From Felis catus (Eukaryota): a stretch of 64,000 nucleotides of DNA. The DNA lies in NCBI RefSeq assembly GCF_018350175.1, contig NC_058382.1, positions 61,444,001-61,508,000 of the forward strand, written 5' to 3'. The first letter of the stretch is position 1; each line of letters starts with the position of its first letter. The notes below the pieces were generated by a model, which saw nothing but the letters and a program-made list of their open reading frames with translations, was not told where the DNA came from and ran no database searches. A program made the translations under genes and the position numbers. This document shows, one piece after another, positions 62,701 through 64,000 of this stretch.

Positions 62701-64000
62701 GCAGGCTCCCAGTTGTCAGCATGGGATCATGACCTGAGTCGAAACAGAGTCAGTCGGTCACTTAACTGACTGAGCCACCCAGGCACCCCACATGGGAAGT
62801 TATTTTTAAAAGGCCATTATCAAAACCTCTTGATGGGGAAAGGGTTCCTTTTTTTTTTTTTTTTAATTGAGGCAGGAAACTCTGTCAGGCATCGATGTGA
62901 ATGCCTGTGTGGAGCCTTTCCCCGAGGCACAGCTAATTCCCTAAGTGCAGCTTGGTCAGTGATCCTGTGACCCTGAAATGCTTTTAGTGGCTTTTGTCCA
63001 CCTGATGCTGTCCTGGGCACTTCCCCCCAGGAGAGTGACTGCTTCCCTTCCCCGTGTTTGGCTGTCACCTCGATGGAAAGATGCCTTTCTGGCCTACCAC
63101 TGCTCGGGAAACACTTTTCCAGGCACCGGGCTGTCCACCATAACTCTCTTGGGCGGGCAGAGGTGGGACATGAATGTGGGTAGAGGTGTGTCTGAGACGG
63201 GAGTGAGCTCATCATCTCCCACCTTCCCCCTCCTGTGGATGCTAAGGTACACACTGCCCTATTATTCTGATTTCTTTTTTCTTGTCAGTTTTGGTACTAA
63301 AACTTTTCACAGGCCCTACTTTGCGGCTTGGGCGCCTCACGTGACCTGTCCGCCGGGCCCCATCTGCCTCTCCAGCCCCTTCTTCCTCCTTCCTCTTCTG
63401 CCTGGAGGCCAGCTGCCCCCATGGCCCCCAAAGCGTTGGCACCTGCCCCCAGGGTAGGGCTCTCGGAGTGGCCACCACTGCACAGACCCAGGGCCCTCCC
63501 ACTCATCTCATTTTCAGCCCTGAGGTTCAAACACAGGAACGATTCATAGTCTGTCGTGCATTGGATGGTGGTGTTCTGTGTCATGAGCTCTATGGGGCTT
63601 GGAATTCTTTTTTTGTTTTTTGTTTTTTTTCAGAAATGTTTGTTTATTTCTTGTGAGAGAGAGGGAGTGTGAACAGGGAGGGGGCGGCAGAGAGAGAGGG
63701 AGAAAGAATCCCGAGCGGGCTCTGCGCTGCCAGCACAGAGCCTGATGTGGGGCTCAAACTCATGAACCATGAGATCAAGACCCCAGCTGAAATCAAGAGT
63801 CAGACACTCAACTGACCAAGCCCCCCAGGTGCCTTGGGCTCGGAATTCTCTCTTCCACCTCGGCCTGGCAGCGAGAGCAGCAGCTGAGTTTGGCATCTCA
63901 CCATCACCAGTGCCCCCCTCCTCCATAAACTGGTGTGCTGGTAGCACATGCTGGGGAGGGGTGAGGACGAGTGAGGGAACACCAGTACAGAGCCCTGGGC

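Larger units (their letters stand above)
3414..63834. mobile_element. About 65 dispersed CanSINE (SINEC_Fc-like, tRNA-derived) copies across the window
   Basis: Repeated GGGGCGCCTGGGTGGCTCAGTCGGTT head, B-box GAGTTCGAGCCC, (CT)n linker and A-rich tail. Many have TSDs. The count is by eye. Confidence 0.97.

Overview
Mammalian (carnivore, very probably felid) genomic DNA, not microbial. The minus strand carries coding exons 1-26 of FANCA: ATG at 42689, exon 26 ending at 658, and the gene continuing off the left edge. All 26 exons were placed by hand using translation, splice dinucleotides and phase continuity, giving 2498 nt of uninterrupted reading frame. One intron (intron 16) is GC-AG. About 16.5 kb away, the plus strand carries the first coding exon of SPIRE2 (59184-59454) in its own CpG island, the same divergent FANCA/SPIRE2 order as in human. 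The rest is dominated by transposable elements: about 65 tRNA-derived CanSINEs counted by eye, several L1 pieces, solo LTRs, MIR/L2/Tigger fossils, a minisatellite and microsatellites. I found no convincing new gene system. The most noteworthy items are an inverted pair of related solo LTRs with three-layer nesting, an internally collapsed L1 with a SINE at the junction, a higher-order minisatellite, an in-frame alternative donor after exon 22, a 27-bp-periodic CCAAT array, and uORFs at both gene starts. Comparisons with human proteins and exon sizes, and repeat family names, are from memory and were not searched.
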